Assembly (NCBI GenBank): GCA_030141605.1
Contig: JAQGDQ010000422.1
Coordinates: forward strand, 1 to 64,000
DNA from: Tubiluchus corallicola
Taxonomy: Eukaryota > Animalia > Priapulida
Direction: 5' to 3'
Length of the DNA: 64,000 nucleotides
Positions 28,422 to 41,440 of this stretch are shown here, one piece after another. A program made the translations under genes and the position numbers. Below the pieces are notes generated by a model. It worked only from the letters and a program-made list of their open reading frames with translations, did no database searches and was not told where the DNA came from. How positions within the stretch are numbered: position 1 is the first letter of the stretch; every line of letters begins with the position of its first letter.

Positions 28422-29389
28422 AAATTGTATCATACAAGTTAGTTTGTCATCAATATTTAAAAATTAAAAGTCTGGAATAGAACGTGTGATTGTATTTACA
28501 AGGAAGTTGCCGGAGATCTTATGTTTAGAGCAAAATAGAAGAAAATGACAGTCATCACCGTCTTCATTACACTTGGTACTTATGCTCACCTTTTACATCT
28601 CAGTCACCTTCGTGGCTATGAAAAATGACCGTTTTTGCTAAAGTTTGTTGACCTTTGACCTCGTCTAAATACGGGGAGTAAAAATGAGAAAATTATGCCC
28701 GTTCATATGGAATTAATTAAGAAAAGGTTTATATGGAAAATTTTCGAAATTTCCTCGCCTTTGTGAGATCTGAGACAGAGCACCACGAAAGAGGATAAGT
28801 GAATCTTAGATTTAATTATCACTCTCCACGCCAGGAGGCGCGCAGCGCTGTGGCAGTCCCTGGCTCTTAGCAAATACAGAATTGTTTGTGTTTCTTTTCA
28901 TATTTCAACTAAGTAGCATATTTTCACATGATTAAAAGTGTTGCTTCACTGTATCTCATATAAAAAATTAAAAATACTAAAACATTCATAGTTAAAACAT
29001 CACAACTTTATTAAAACTTTTAATTTACATAGTTAAAACATCATGTCAAACGTCTCAACAGAGCTGCTGCTGTCATCATCAGTGGTAAATTTTTACAAAC
29101 ATACAGCCAGTTTATATATGCCGAGCCTACAGTACAGAACATTATGCACTAATTATGTATTTACAAAAAGCCAAATAGGTAACGATTAAGCAGACTTGAA
29201 TGAAAGAAATTGATACAATAAATTATGCACTAATTAGGTATTCACAAACAGACCTGTAGAAAAGAAATTAATAGAGTAACAAATAGCTAAGTATGTGAAA
29301 ATAAAGTTATGTTGAATTGAATTGAACTGCTTTGTACATTAAGAGAAGGCTTAGTAGTGTACACAGACTAAATTTTTAATGATATTTAG

Positions 29390-29566
29390 ATATAGATGAC
29401 GCAAACGGAACAACAGCTGAAATGATATGGTATGAATGGCACATGGCCAAGTCTCATGACTATCTTGATGTGATACCTCCACAGTTATCAGAATCACTTA
29501 GACCAATGCAAAATGCTCAAGATATCAGTATACCGTACCAACCTGTGCATTGTTTTCCTAAACCAG
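29390..29566 (+). CDS. rk: Type-B LGR hinge exon
   Basis: Phase 1-1, 177 nt, open; DIDDANGTTAEMIWYEWH..PYQPVHCFPKP joins GPFQPC of the next exon; alternative in-frame AG 6 nt downstream. Confidence 0.85.
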
Positions 29567-30593
29567 GTAAACTAGCTCATTTGTTCCTAAAGAAATAACG
29601 ATTTTTATGCAGTTATGACTCTAAATTATAGTATTTTCCTTCTGTTACTGTTAGACATTGTTATTTTGTAAATTATTTCTGTCGCAGATTCGAGCATTTA
29701 ATTTACAGTTTATTAATAATTTTGATTTGTAGTTTTAAACTTTAGTTTTTCATTACCACTAAGTCAGTGCAGACATCTGTTTGTACACTTGGAAGTTTCC
29801 AATATATGTATGTACTTGCTACTGCTATATGTTTGTATGGAACTGGGTTACTAGGCTTCTCTGTGGATGTAGTAGTTTTTCAACTTGGTAGCAAAATTAG
29901 AGGACAAGCAATAGGCTTAAACAGTGGTTTGGTTATAACAACGTTTTGACTCAGGTGCCATGATATATTGGCTGATGGATTCACTTTAACTTTTGTTTAC
30001 TACTGTTGATTATGTTTACCATTTTCGTGTATATGTGGATTGGCTATGAGACTATGATTTTGAGTAAAATACAGATCGCAAAGTTAAACTATCATCCATT
30101 GATTTCATGTGTTTAACACGAACATTGCAACTTCAAAAACAGTCTGATAAACCTGCCAATGTCCATTGTTGGCTCTCCCCAAAACACCCCAGCGACAACT
30201 TTAGCGTCACGATAGTTTTCTCTCTAACAGCGAACTCGTAACTGCTTTGCAAGTTACTGTCGGGAAGTTTCCTGAAAGTGCCGAGAGTTGATTTGTCATC
30301 CAAACGTCACTCCAATGATAATTCTATTATCAGGGTATCCTTACAAGCTTCGGCTTCTGCCTTCTCTGCATCCCAAGTAATGATATTGCCGTATTTTTGT
30401 TATTGACTGTTATGTATATTGTTTGAGATGGATGGAATAATTTATTATTACCTGTCATAACAATACAGAAGACCAGTCTCCTCGTGAAATTCTCTTCAAA
30501 AACATACAAATGGTAAGAGACCACGCCCAAATAAATGGGAAACAAAGTCAAATCCAAGTCCAGCAGAATATTCCAACTGGTATTGGACCATCC

Positions 30594-30852
30594 GCCTGGG
30601 GGGGAGTAAACCCCTACCGGGCGCATCCCCCGGGTGGCAGATGGGGGACCCCTGGCTCACGAGCCAGGGTGCTCCGAATATTCAAATAAGGAGCTGTGGA
30701 CCAAATCCTTCAGGATAGACCTAGCAAGTCACTGAAGTACTTTTTGCTCAAGTAACTCATGGCGAACACAACTGAAACAACGGCCCCAGTCCTTGTGTTC
30801 GCCGGCTGACAGATGAAAATCTACCAGGAGGATGGTGAGAAAGGTGAGAAAG
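30594..30852 (+). mobile_element. Short non-autonomous retroelement, putatively RTE-derived, with structured RNA head
   Basis: 12-bp direct repeat ATTGGACCATCC at 30582-30593 and 30853-30864; five helices; tail GGTGAGAAA x2. Confidence 0.65.
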
Positions 30853-31893
30853 ATTGGACCATCCACAACGGAACAGAAGCGAGGAAAAGTGCCAACTGGA
30901 CAAAATGGAAATTCCACAAACTCAGTCTCCAATGCTGTGCCGGTCGAAGCATGTTTCATGGTAAATTTGGTCTCCTGAATGACCAACGTTAGTCATGGCC
31001 GTATTTTGATTTTGTTGCCCCTAGGCTACAGATAGTGTGAGGCCCCGGTCTCCAATGATAATTGGTTCCAAGTCAAGAACTGGAAGAATACCTGATCCAG
31101 AGGTCCAGTAGGCCAGAGGTTTACTGAGATTAGAGGCAAACTATCACTAAGTTCTCTCCAGACAGAGACATCTTATCTCTGTCAGAGGAGAAGTGACCTC
31201 AGTTCCTACGAAACCCTGTCATTGTAATAAATATTACCAGTGTGGCAGGACCAGTGAGTTGGAATAATGGACAAAAAAACAATTCCTGCGTATTACTAGT
31301 CAGTATATTAATGAATTAAGCCATTTCTTAAGAGATAATATTCAGCATAGTTCTACTCTCATTCTGTAGTAACTTTTCACAGTAAATTCATTTCACTTTA
31401 TCTCTGGAAGCCTCTCAGCTGGTAGAGGTCCTTGAGCTGCATCCCACAAAATCCATGCCCTAATTGAGCACTGGGTTACGTCACCACGAAAGAAGAAGGA
31501 CGACACTAAAACTTTTCCGACACGTGAAAAGGTCAACATTTACAACACAAATTTGCAAGCAAGTTGGCAGTATATAAAATACCTGGGTAAACTGTTGTCG
31601 CATATTTCATTTGCGATTCCTAATTTAAAGTACTACAATAATAATTTAATATGTCTACATTCAAAATTATTTATTGTTGAACCGAGTTAAGTTTAATCCA
31701 GAATGTGGCCTTGGTCAGTGCTGCTCAGTCACCAGTACCTGCTGGGCCACCCATATATGGTAGTGCTGATTGCTTGTGGTTTTACACATTACAAATGTTA
31801 TGTTATGTTATGTTTGCATATTGTGGATAGACTGAATAGTACTGTAGTGGGATGAAGTAGTGATGTGATATATTAATGTTTGAAATATAGCTG

Positions 31894-31928
<35 letters not shown>

Positions 31929-32145
31929 TGTGTGTGTGTGTATGTGCGTGTGCGTGTGCGCGTGCGCGTGCGCGTGTGCGTGTGCGTGTGCGTGTGCGTG
32001 TGCGTGTGCGTCTGCATGTGCGTGTGCGTGTGCATGTGCGTGTGTATGTGTGTGTGTGTGTGTATGTGCGTGTGCGCGTGCGCGTGCGCGTGCGCGTGTG
32101 CGTGTGCGTGTGCGTCTGCATGTGCGTGTGCGTGTGCATGTGCGT

Positions 32146-32177
<32 letters not shown>

Positions 32178-32185
32178 TATATATG

Positions 32186-32262
<77 letters not shown>
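31894..32262. repeat. (TG)/(TGCG)/(TA)/(GA) compound microsatellite
   Basis: Visible directly. Confidence 0.95.
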
Positions 32263-32266
<4 letters not shown>

Positions 32267-32364
32267 TTATATATTTTAATTTTATATATATTACTATATA
32301 CCTAATATATATATAGCTATATAATTATATATAACTAACTATATATATCTATACTTAATTTTAG

Positions 32365-35300
32365 GTCCATTTCAACCTTGTGATGACTTGTTTGGATGGT
32401 GGTCACTTCGCTGTGGTGTCTGGATCGTGTTCCTTCTTGCAGTAATTGGCAACGGCCTCGTGATCTTTGTCATACTGACGAGTCGCACAAAAATGGACGT
32501 ACCTAGATTTTTAATATGCAATCTTGCTACTGCGGACTTCATGATGGGGATATATCTGGGTATGCTTGCTATAGTAGACGCATTGACGCTGGGAACATTC
32601 AAGCAATCAGCAGTTTCATGGCAGACAAGCACTGGATGCCGAGTGGCTGGTTTTTTGGGTGTCATGAGCAGTGAGCTTTCCGTGTATACTCTGGCTGCAA
32701 TAACTTTAGAGAGATTTTATGCAATAACTCATGCCGTGCACATGGATCAAAGACTTTCACTGAAGAAAGCTGTCTACGTCATGCTGACTGGCTGGACGTT
32801 TGTCTGTTTGATTGCAATGTTGCCGCTGTTTGGCGTCAGCGATTACCAGAAGTTTGCGGTATGTTTACCGTTCGATGTTAGTGATGTGCTGTCACAGGCT
32901 TACGTTGTTTTTATAATGGTTGCGAATGGCGTAGCTTTCATTATTATATGCGGTTGCTATTCGAAAATCTACTTGTCCATTAGAAATTCGCAGGCGTGGA
33001 ATTCAAACGATTCTCGAGTTGCTAAAAGAATGGCTATACTCGTCTTTACTGATTTCCTCTGCTGGGCTCCCATTGCATTTTTGTCGATAAGCGCAGCACT
33101 TGGAGCAACTTTAATATCGGTAGAGGAAGCAAAAGTGTTGACGATTTTCGCGTTGCCGCTAAATTCCTGTGCGAACCCGTTTCTCTACGCCATTTTTACG
33201 AAACAGTTTAAGCGAGACTCTATCTCGGTTCTACACAGGATTGAACGGCTTAGCGCGTCAAAGATGGTGTCACGCAGCAGGATACGGATACCTGACTCAT
33301 TTCCAGACGTCTTAGTGCGTAATCACATCGAATTAAACAGCCAGTCTCCCGTAAACACAAGCGAGGCTGTTGAACAACATAAAAAACTTCTACAGCGGCG
33401 CCATCTACAGCGCTGTTCGCAAGACTCTGCGGCATTTTGTCCCGCTAAGTGTTTAGCTATGTCAGGGTTTAGGCGCCCTCAACATGACTTCAGAGAATGT
33501 TACTCTGCATCTGATCCAAGGATTTACCTCGACAATTCTGCCTCATTTGCAAGCGCTTATAGTGAGCCACCCATCCACATGTGTGTGTCCTATGATTGTA
33601 ACACCAGCCGTGACACGAAGGACATTCTGAATTCCAGTGGAGAGGAGCGTCACTCACAAACGCAGACATCCTCCGAAACACAATCATCACATAACAGTAA
33701 AAACTCCACAACAAACTTACTCTCAGCTTTATCAAGAAGAGACAATCCAGACCTTTCACAATCATCTTCAAAACAATGGTCTCTCAGACGAAAAACACTG
33801 AAATATGCAGAAAACTGTCATTGTCAGTTTTGCAAGCAAGATGCTTCTTTTTGCAGGAAGAATGTAAAATTCGAGTTTCAGTGCGGAGAGTTTGTGCACG
33901 TGAATCAATGTAAATGTACGGCACAGCAAAACCCTGCTGTACCTACTGTTAAAATACGTAATCCTGATTATGCTCAAAAACGCTCATACACGGATTCAAA
34001 ACTTGATTCAAAACATTCTGCAATTGACAAAACGTCAACTGCTGATGGCAATCAGTTACAGGTGACAAACAAAAACTCAATTTCTTTGAGCAGCTCAAAC
34101 ATTTCCAGACAAACACCAGAAAGAAATCGTCACTTCTTTCATCGACACAGGCGAAGAACTAGAAGTCTACCGTCGCTCAACCTACATAAAGTGCCCTCTA
34201 GTATTAAAAGGAAAGGGAGCAAAAATCATGCTACCAACTCAGAAATTTTTAATTCCCACCAAACTGCGGTTGTGCCATACAACCAAGAGCAAACAAGTCA
34301 CGTCTCTGATGACTGGACAGCTTACTGTCACAAACTACAGTGGTATAGAAAGCATCCTCATAGAAGACTTAGGTCAGGAAAGTTTAACAGTTGGGCATTT
34401 TTAACATCAAATACTTTTGCTCCAGGAAGCTCATATGTTAGTTTACCGCCCATCTCTCGTTTAAGTAACCCGATTATCACGATAAACGGAAATTCACCGG
34501 ATAAAGTAGGAATGTTTTTTCAAAATCCTAACCATGTGGTGAAACCCGTTCCATGCTCTTGCTTGTGGAACGGAATAAAGCGACACCGCGAAAGTCAAAA
34601 GCAGAACAAGTACCGTGCCGTTCGAACGTCGGAAAATCATCAAGTGATAGAATGTGCCACAGAAGAGAGAGGATGTACAATATCCTCTGCTGAAGTGCCA
34701 GAATGTGCCACAGAAGAGAGAGAATGTACAGCATCCTCTGCTGAAGTGCCAGAATGGGCCACAGAAGAGAGAGAATGTACAACATCCTCTGATGAAGTGC
34801 CAGAATGTGCCACAGAAGAGAGAGAATGTACAACATCCTCTGCTGAAGTGCCAGAATGTGCCACAGAAGAGAGAGAATGTACAACATCCTCTGCTGAAGT
34901 GCCAGAATGTGCCACAGAAGAGAGAGAATGTACAACATTCTCTGCTGAAGTGCCAGAATGTGCCACAGAAGAGAGAGAATGTACAACATCCTCTGCTGAA
35001 GTGCCAGAATGTGCCACAGAAGAGAGAGACTGTACAACATCATCTGCTGAAGTGCCAGAATGTGCCACAGAAGAGAGAGAATGTACAACATCCTCTGCTG
35101 AAGTGCCAGAATGTGCCACAGAAGAGAGAGACTGTACAACATCCTCTGCTGAAGTGCCAGAATGTGCCACAGAAGAGAGAGAATGTACAACATCCTCTGC
35201 TGAAGTGCCTACCGAAGATTCACCAGACAACGATGTTCGAAAACCAGATTGGTTTTTGCACGAAGATCAGTTCTTAAACGTCTTAGACGACAGTTCTCAA

Positions 35301-35393
35301 AATAAGAGTATTTCCCAGTTTAGGGAAGAAGGCGGTGTTGCATCAGATACAGAATTTCAACAAGCAAAAGTATCAATAGAAAAAAACACTTGA
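32365..35393 (+). CDS. rk: Terminal exon of type-B LGR, bursicon receptor (rickets/LGR2)-like: 7TM domain and long C-tail
   Basis: ttttag acceptor; GPFQPCDDLFGWWSLRCGVW, KMDVPRFL.CNLA.ADF.MGIYL, SSELSVYTL..ITLER, SQAWNSNDSRVAKRMA, FTDFLCW.PI, PLNSCANPFLYAI - diagnostic of rickets-type LGRs; stop TGA ends at 35393. Confidence 0.95.
34650..35210 (+). repeat. Coding 51-bp (17-aa) tandem repeat x11 in the LGR C-tail
   Basis: ECATEERECTTSSAEVP repeated in frame within the 1001-aa ORF. Confidence 0.95.
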
Positions 35394-35513
35394 TACTTTT
35401 GCATATGTCGAGAAAACGTCATAAGTGTAGGTACTGATGAAAAAGGAAAAAATGGTTTAAGGACAACTAAAAATCTGCAAAGTGATGATAATTTACCGTG
35501 TAAAAAACTTGTG

Positions 35514-35519
35514 AATAAA
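35514..35519 (+). terminator. Candidate polyadenylation signal of the LGR gene
   Basis: AATAAA ~120 nt after the stop codon; use not demonstrated. Confidence 0.3.
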
Positions 35520-35764
35520 AGTGAAGCATATGCTGCGTTGAAACGTTGTTATCTGCGTTCTTTGCACAAAGTTGATGGGCATGATTTGAAGATAAAGTGA
35601 AATTCTATGAAAGCATCAAGGCGTCCAAGTTATAAATTGATATTTTGAATAACTGTTGTTAGTACTGCACGAAAATACATAAAAAAATAACGGTACGAAC
35701 TCTCAGAGAAATTACAGTGGGTAATCAGTGTACCTGTTGTAGGTGTCTGTGTAATATTTACCAG

Positions 35765-36648
35765 TTAAAGGAAAACCGGGCTATTGATTAGACTCAATCT
35801 CATTTTAATTATATATATATATATATATATACCTATATACATATTTACATATACAATGATCTTTATTTGCCATAAAAAATCGATATTCATAACTATAAAA
35901 GCATAAAAGAACATCGCAGCATGAAAATAAAATTCACACTACTGTTAAAGGCAAAGGCAAACTAAAAACTACTGTGCCAAAAATTTAAAACAAAATATGC
36001 ATTATAAATGTTACACGCAAATTATAATAGACTATATACAATATGTACATACAATTTAAAATGAACGTGGGTAAATAAAATATGTGGATGAATATATATT
36101 GTCGTTTACGTATGTAGGGTAATGTATGTAGGTATGTACGTATGTAGAGTAAAATTTACTATCCAAAATATATATTTTTTGTCTATAAAAGTTAGCAGTT
36201 ATTTCTAATAATTATCTGAACAATTACGTTAGAAACTTAATTAACGGCAACAGCTCTATTGCATACGTCACAAACTAACCACCGTTTGTGCAATCTTCCC
36301 TGCACGTCAAACACGTTTGCGTAAGCGACTATTGCTACAAGACGCTGTTGTGATGTTACGAAAATTAGGTCTACGTCACACTGACGTCATCGACATACAC
36401 TGGAGCTCATGATCATGCTTATCACGGTACCGCGCCTATTTGTCGGCCGCGCAAAAGTGACAGAAAGGCGCCATTGTCAGTTTCAGTGGATTCGCTAAGT
36501 CGTGCGTAGCTTTAAAATTTCAACTATCCCAGGTAATTATTATTTAACCTAAATTTTGATTTTTAAAAAAAGCTGTTGTAGTTTTCATTATTTTAGAGCA
36601 TACTTTATTTTGAAATAATGTCTACATAATCGTCCAGTTTTCCTTTAA
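35765..36648. mobile_element. Kolobok-type non-autonomous element, family B
   Basis: TTAA-AGGAAAACCGG...CCAGTTTTCCT-TTAA with ~25-bp imperfect TIR; a second right-end fragment at ~52810-52891. Confidence 0.7.
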
Positions 36649-37203
36649 TAGTCGAAAATTTGCCGACGTTTTAAAAAAGCTATTGAATATTTTACTGAAT
36701 GCTTACAACAACCATGTACTTCAATAAGAGTATTTTACAGATTAGTGAAACACAGATAACTCTATGTTATGTTAAGAATCTATTTTAAAGATAGTCTTCA
36801 AGTTCTGAATTTAAACAGTGTATTGATTATCCAAATTCAGAAGAACATATTCTGGGGAAAAGATTGTACTACATTTAAAACTCGAGAACATTCACATATG
36901 TTTAAAATGCAACAATTGTCATTTTTCTATTATAATTTATTACAGCAATGAGTTTTTAGCAAAAAACATTAGTTTAAATTACAGGTAAATTACAAAATTA
37001 GATCACGTGATTTTCGATTATGATAATGCAAAAAAATAGCAGTAAAATAGCCCTAATTGTACAAAGCAGTTCAATAAAGACACTTACATGTGGTCTCCCT
37101 GAGTTTTGGCGCTTATAACTTGCAAAAAAAAGAATACAAATCAATCCACATCGTATCAACTTGAATTGCATATGCCAGGATATGTCTACCTGGCCAACTA
37201 CTT

Positions 37204-37352
37204 GGTCACGTGACTACAGGCGCGGTCACGTGACTACAGGCGCGGTCACGTGACTACAGGCGCGGTCACGTGACTACAGGCGCGGAAACGTGACTACAGG
37301 CGCGGTCACGTGACTACAGGCGCGGTCACGTGACTACAGGCGCGGAAACGTG
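37204..37352. repeat. 20-bp tandem repeat containing six GTCACGTGAC palindromes
   Basis: Unit GGTCACGTGACTACAGGCGC; two variant units carry CGGAAACGTG. Confidence 0.9.
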
Positions 37353-37759
37353 CATGTACCCAACAGAGAAAGCGGAAACCTCTTAGGCCATTTCACACTG
37401 AGGACGCAAGGAAAATGAAACATCGAATTGCTTTCAGAAAATCAGAAAATTTCCTATTTTTTCTCGAAATCTCGTGCAGCAAGTTATGAGAGCTATTACA
37501 AGGCCAGCAACTCGACGATAGTTTACTTTTTGCAGAAATAGATGAAACTTAATTACATTACTTTGAAAGGATCCATTACTCAACGGCAGAGCCCACATAA
37601 TGCCGTATGGAGGGATAGGAACCTAGCTCGTTATCACAGATGTTCCCTTTAACTGCATCAGTAAACGACAGTAAATTAAACATGACTATGTAAAAAAAAC
37701 AGTAAGTATTCTTAAAGACCTAAACTGAAGGTTTTCACAAGTCTTTGGTTTCCGTATGT

Positions 37760-38315
37760 CACCGTCATCCAATGAATCATACGTCCAGGGACATGTTTGC
37801 CTCCCTATGCCAGGATACCTACACGCTGCAGTGCCCCAAATGCATTTATGTCCAACGAACAGTGCTGAAGTGCTTAAATCTTTCTGTGCAAAATCTAAAT
37901 ATGTTCAAAATTTGTCCTCCTGCAGGTTTTCTGTCAGGTTCTATGGCTTGTTGAAGAGCTGTCTTCACTGGAATATCTAAGCTAGCTCAATCCATTCACT
38001 GGAATGTCTAAGCATATGACCAATCCATCTTAAACGGCGTCTTTTTATTTTTCTTGTTTAAGGTTCTTCTTTTATTTTTCCATATAGATCTTTGTTTGAG
38101 ATTTTCATTGGCCAACTGAAACCAAAAAAGGTTTCTGTAATTTTGCCTTTAAAACGCTTCAATTTCAGCTTTATGATTTGTTTTTAATGTCTAGAGCTCA
38201 GAGTTATACAGAAGTACAGTTTCAACTAAGGCTGAGAATATTCTAATTTTTGTTTCAAAAGAAATCTTCCTATTTTCAAAAAGTTTTGTGAGTTCTGAAT
38301 AAACTGATAATGCCA
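37760..38315 (-). mobile_element. RTE-clade LINE 3' fragment
   Basis: Minus translation ..RKISFETKIRIFSALVETVLLYNSEL.. and RLRWIGHMLR; same family as 51935-52425. Confidence 0.75.
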
Positions 38316-38574
38316 TTATGTTTTTAAATTTCGGTATGCATGGTGTCAAAAATATAGACAGAGTATTCTCATAACCAAAATTCAGTTACAGAAAAGAAGG
38401 CATACTACTTGAATTTTGAATTCCGATTTGGAAGCAGTAGGTTGTTGTCGAAGTACCAATAAATGCTTTAAACTTTCTTAGTTATATATAAATAGATTCA
38501 AAAAAGCTTCATCAAAATTATACACTATAGTTTGAGCTCGTCAGTTCCAGAAAACAATTAAAATTTAATGAAAA

Positions 38575-41440
38575 CTAGATATCATTGTCTTCGCTCCCAT
38601 CGTCACTGTCTTCTGACCATGCATGATCTGAATCTACACTATTGTAAGTATCAAAATCACCATCGACTAATGCAATTTCAAATTCGTTGTAACTTTCAAT
38701 GTTTGTATCGGCATTGTAGGTATCTTCTTGTTCTCCTCTGTAATTCCTCTTGTCCTCATTTCCACTAACTTCAGTATCATTGCCATCTTTCAGAAAGGAT
38801 TCAGGAAGAGAATTGCCTTCATACCAATGTCGCTTTGTAGTTTTCGTTACAAACAACCTTGATTAATTTTGCAATTAATCGAATATATGATTCAGATCAA
38901 AAATTGCTTCAAGACAATTGATTTCGGGGCTCATTCAATTGATCGACTCCGAGGGCTTAGGTTCAGTTGATAGGGCTATGATATGGTCCCACACAACTGT
39001 AACCACGAAATATTGCGTTGTGAGTATAGATCTGTATCCCTCGAGTTTTCAAGCTGGCTCCCGCAATGAGCTGTACAATGCGAATCTTTCAAGTTTGATC
39101 AGGGATTTAGTGTCTTAACGATTATGAGCCTTAAGTAACTCGTTAAACATCAAACAACTCAATAGTTACGTTAAATTTAAGAATAGTTTATTACAGTTGA
39201 ACTTTTTACATACAAATTAGAATTCCAACGTATTACAAGATTTGTTCTTATGCGCTGATGGGCGCTTACAATTAAATTCAGTTCCAAAGAGATACTACTC
39301 AACGTACACTATTGCTCAAGTTGTAATGTCGCGCTTATGGTACTTAAGTTACACAGTGATTACAATTCACAAACTGTTACAGTTATAGTTACAGTTACAG
39401 CATCAGTAAAATAAAGTAATTCTACTTAACTTGAGGACTGGCCAACTTAACAATCATTATTGGTCAGATCCTGACTCCTTCACGAGACTTCTTAGCATCA
39501 GTGATTTGTCGAAGCAAATGACGCAGTAGTATCACCATGCTGAGCTAAAGAATACGTCTGGTTCCAGATCGTCTCGTCGTAGTAAAAAAACGGCAACTCA
39601 CAACTCACTCTGATCCTGTGCTCGTGTGTGCATATCTGTGTATGAACTCTGAACTTTCACTTAGCTTATAAAGCGAAAGTCATTAAGCCACGCATTGCAC
39701 AGAGGTCACTCAGTATTACACCACTTGACCTCTCATGGCTGACTTCCGTGACTTCCTCAGATAATTTAGTATACCAGAAATCGCAACCCTATAACCTTAG
39801 ACAGTGAATAATTGCTTGATAGGATAGTTTAACAATCAGTAATGACTGGTATTGACCCTTAACAAAATAACTTCCTGACTTGTTCATCAACAAATGGCCA
39901 GCGCCGGACGCACTTTATGTCCGCTGATTGGCACGTAACTCTTTAACAAGCCGGCGTCTTCTTTTAATCTTTTCCTTCCCTGTTCACTAACCTATGTCAC
40001 CTGAACTCATTGGATTCGAACTCCTGAACTCGTTAAATTCAAGCTACAAGCTGGGTGAGTCACTTATAATCAAATTGTATGGTTTTCAATAACAAACCCA
40101 AGGAGGAATAGTTTTATCTCCGAAATCTAATCATTCAGTGATTTCAATTAATTTCCAATTAATTCTTTATTTTAAATTCGATTCACAACACCAATGAGGA
40201 ACCAGAAAGCCGTCACCAGTGTCACGCCAACTAAAATCTTTTGGATCTCTACCCATGGTTGGGTAAACTTCGTGGACATTAGAGAACCACATAACGAGCA
40301 TGCATCAAGTGTTGGAGAAGAACTTTCGTGCATGGTGACAGTGATACACCGTTCATTTTTTTAGTTGACAACTCATTTTCTTTGATTGATTAGTCATTTT
40401 CACAAATGCTTTGTACCTGGCTTCATCATCATCGACGATGGATTTGAAGCCGCAAAGTCGGCATACGTACTCCGTGAGGGCACCAACATTCATATCTCCT
40501 GAACAAATCGATTTCATAGCCAACACATAATCTGGACTACTTTCTAAGTGATCTAACGGTTTAGCCTTACCTTTCCTGTAGAAACATGACGTACAATCAC
40601 ACCCCGTCAAAGCATGAAACGAAACAATAGCTTCTTTCAAGACACTTGTCAAGTCATTTTGATTACCAACTGTTGAGCAATGTCTGCGACATTGATCAAC
40701 GGATGACTATTTTTGGTGCCAAAGTCCAAAATGAATGTCCCAATCAGTTTGCGTCACATTTATCAAAATAACGAATACATCGGAATCTGATTATCTCACT
40801 AATATCTGATCATGATTGATTAGATAAATGTGAAATCCTATCAGGGTGTTGTCCACCTCATGACGAGCTTGATACTCGACTGGCTTGTTCACCATCAGCA
40901 TGCTCATCGAAGTATTTTTCATCATTATTGCCTTCTTTCAGGAGACAATCTTTCAGGTTGTATCCTGCAGGGATTCAGGTTGTGTATGTTGCCTCCATGA
41001 GAAACGCGCACAGTTTTTCACCGATTATGGGTGCATAATATTGGTTATCGATGTCGTTTAATATCAACTCTGCCGGAGCTTCTTTGAACGGTCCGTTTTT
41101 CAAAAACCGGTTCAAAGCTTTACCTTTGTTTCTGTTCTGGACCGGTTAGGACAAATTCGTTCACATCTCTGTCTGCTCCACCACCATGTAGTCTTTCCAA
41201 ATCTTTGATGGATGGTGATATGTATTTATCTGAAAGCAGGTGTACTGTTGGAAATTTGTTATCACGCAGATGTGAACGAATTTGTACCTCAAATTGTGCA
41301 AGTACAGTATGTCGTCGCTTAACGATGCTAGTGCCCTCCAGCAAAACTCGTCGTTAAGTGAAACGTCGCTAAATGAAGCATTGTTTTCCATAAGAAACAT
41401 TGTAAAAGCATTCAGCTGCATTCCAGGACCAAAAATCAAT
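38575..41440 (-). pseudogene. AcademX-type DNA transposon relic (XPG/FEN1-like nuclease region), interrupted by a solo LTR
   Basis: Frameshifted motifs in the expected order: SDKYISPSIKDLER, HEVDNTLIGFH (HEEADT-like), VR*SDSDVFVIL (DTDV-like), FHALTGCDCTSCFYRKGK (H3TH), DEARY, LSPC..LLQH, DPKDFSW..PHW|YEG. Confidence 0.75.
38828..40190 (-). mobile_element. Solo LTR, probably Gypsy-type, copy 2
   Basis: TG...CA termini, 4-bp TSD CCAA at 38824-38827 and 40191-40194; homologous to 13027-14345. Confidence 0.85.
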
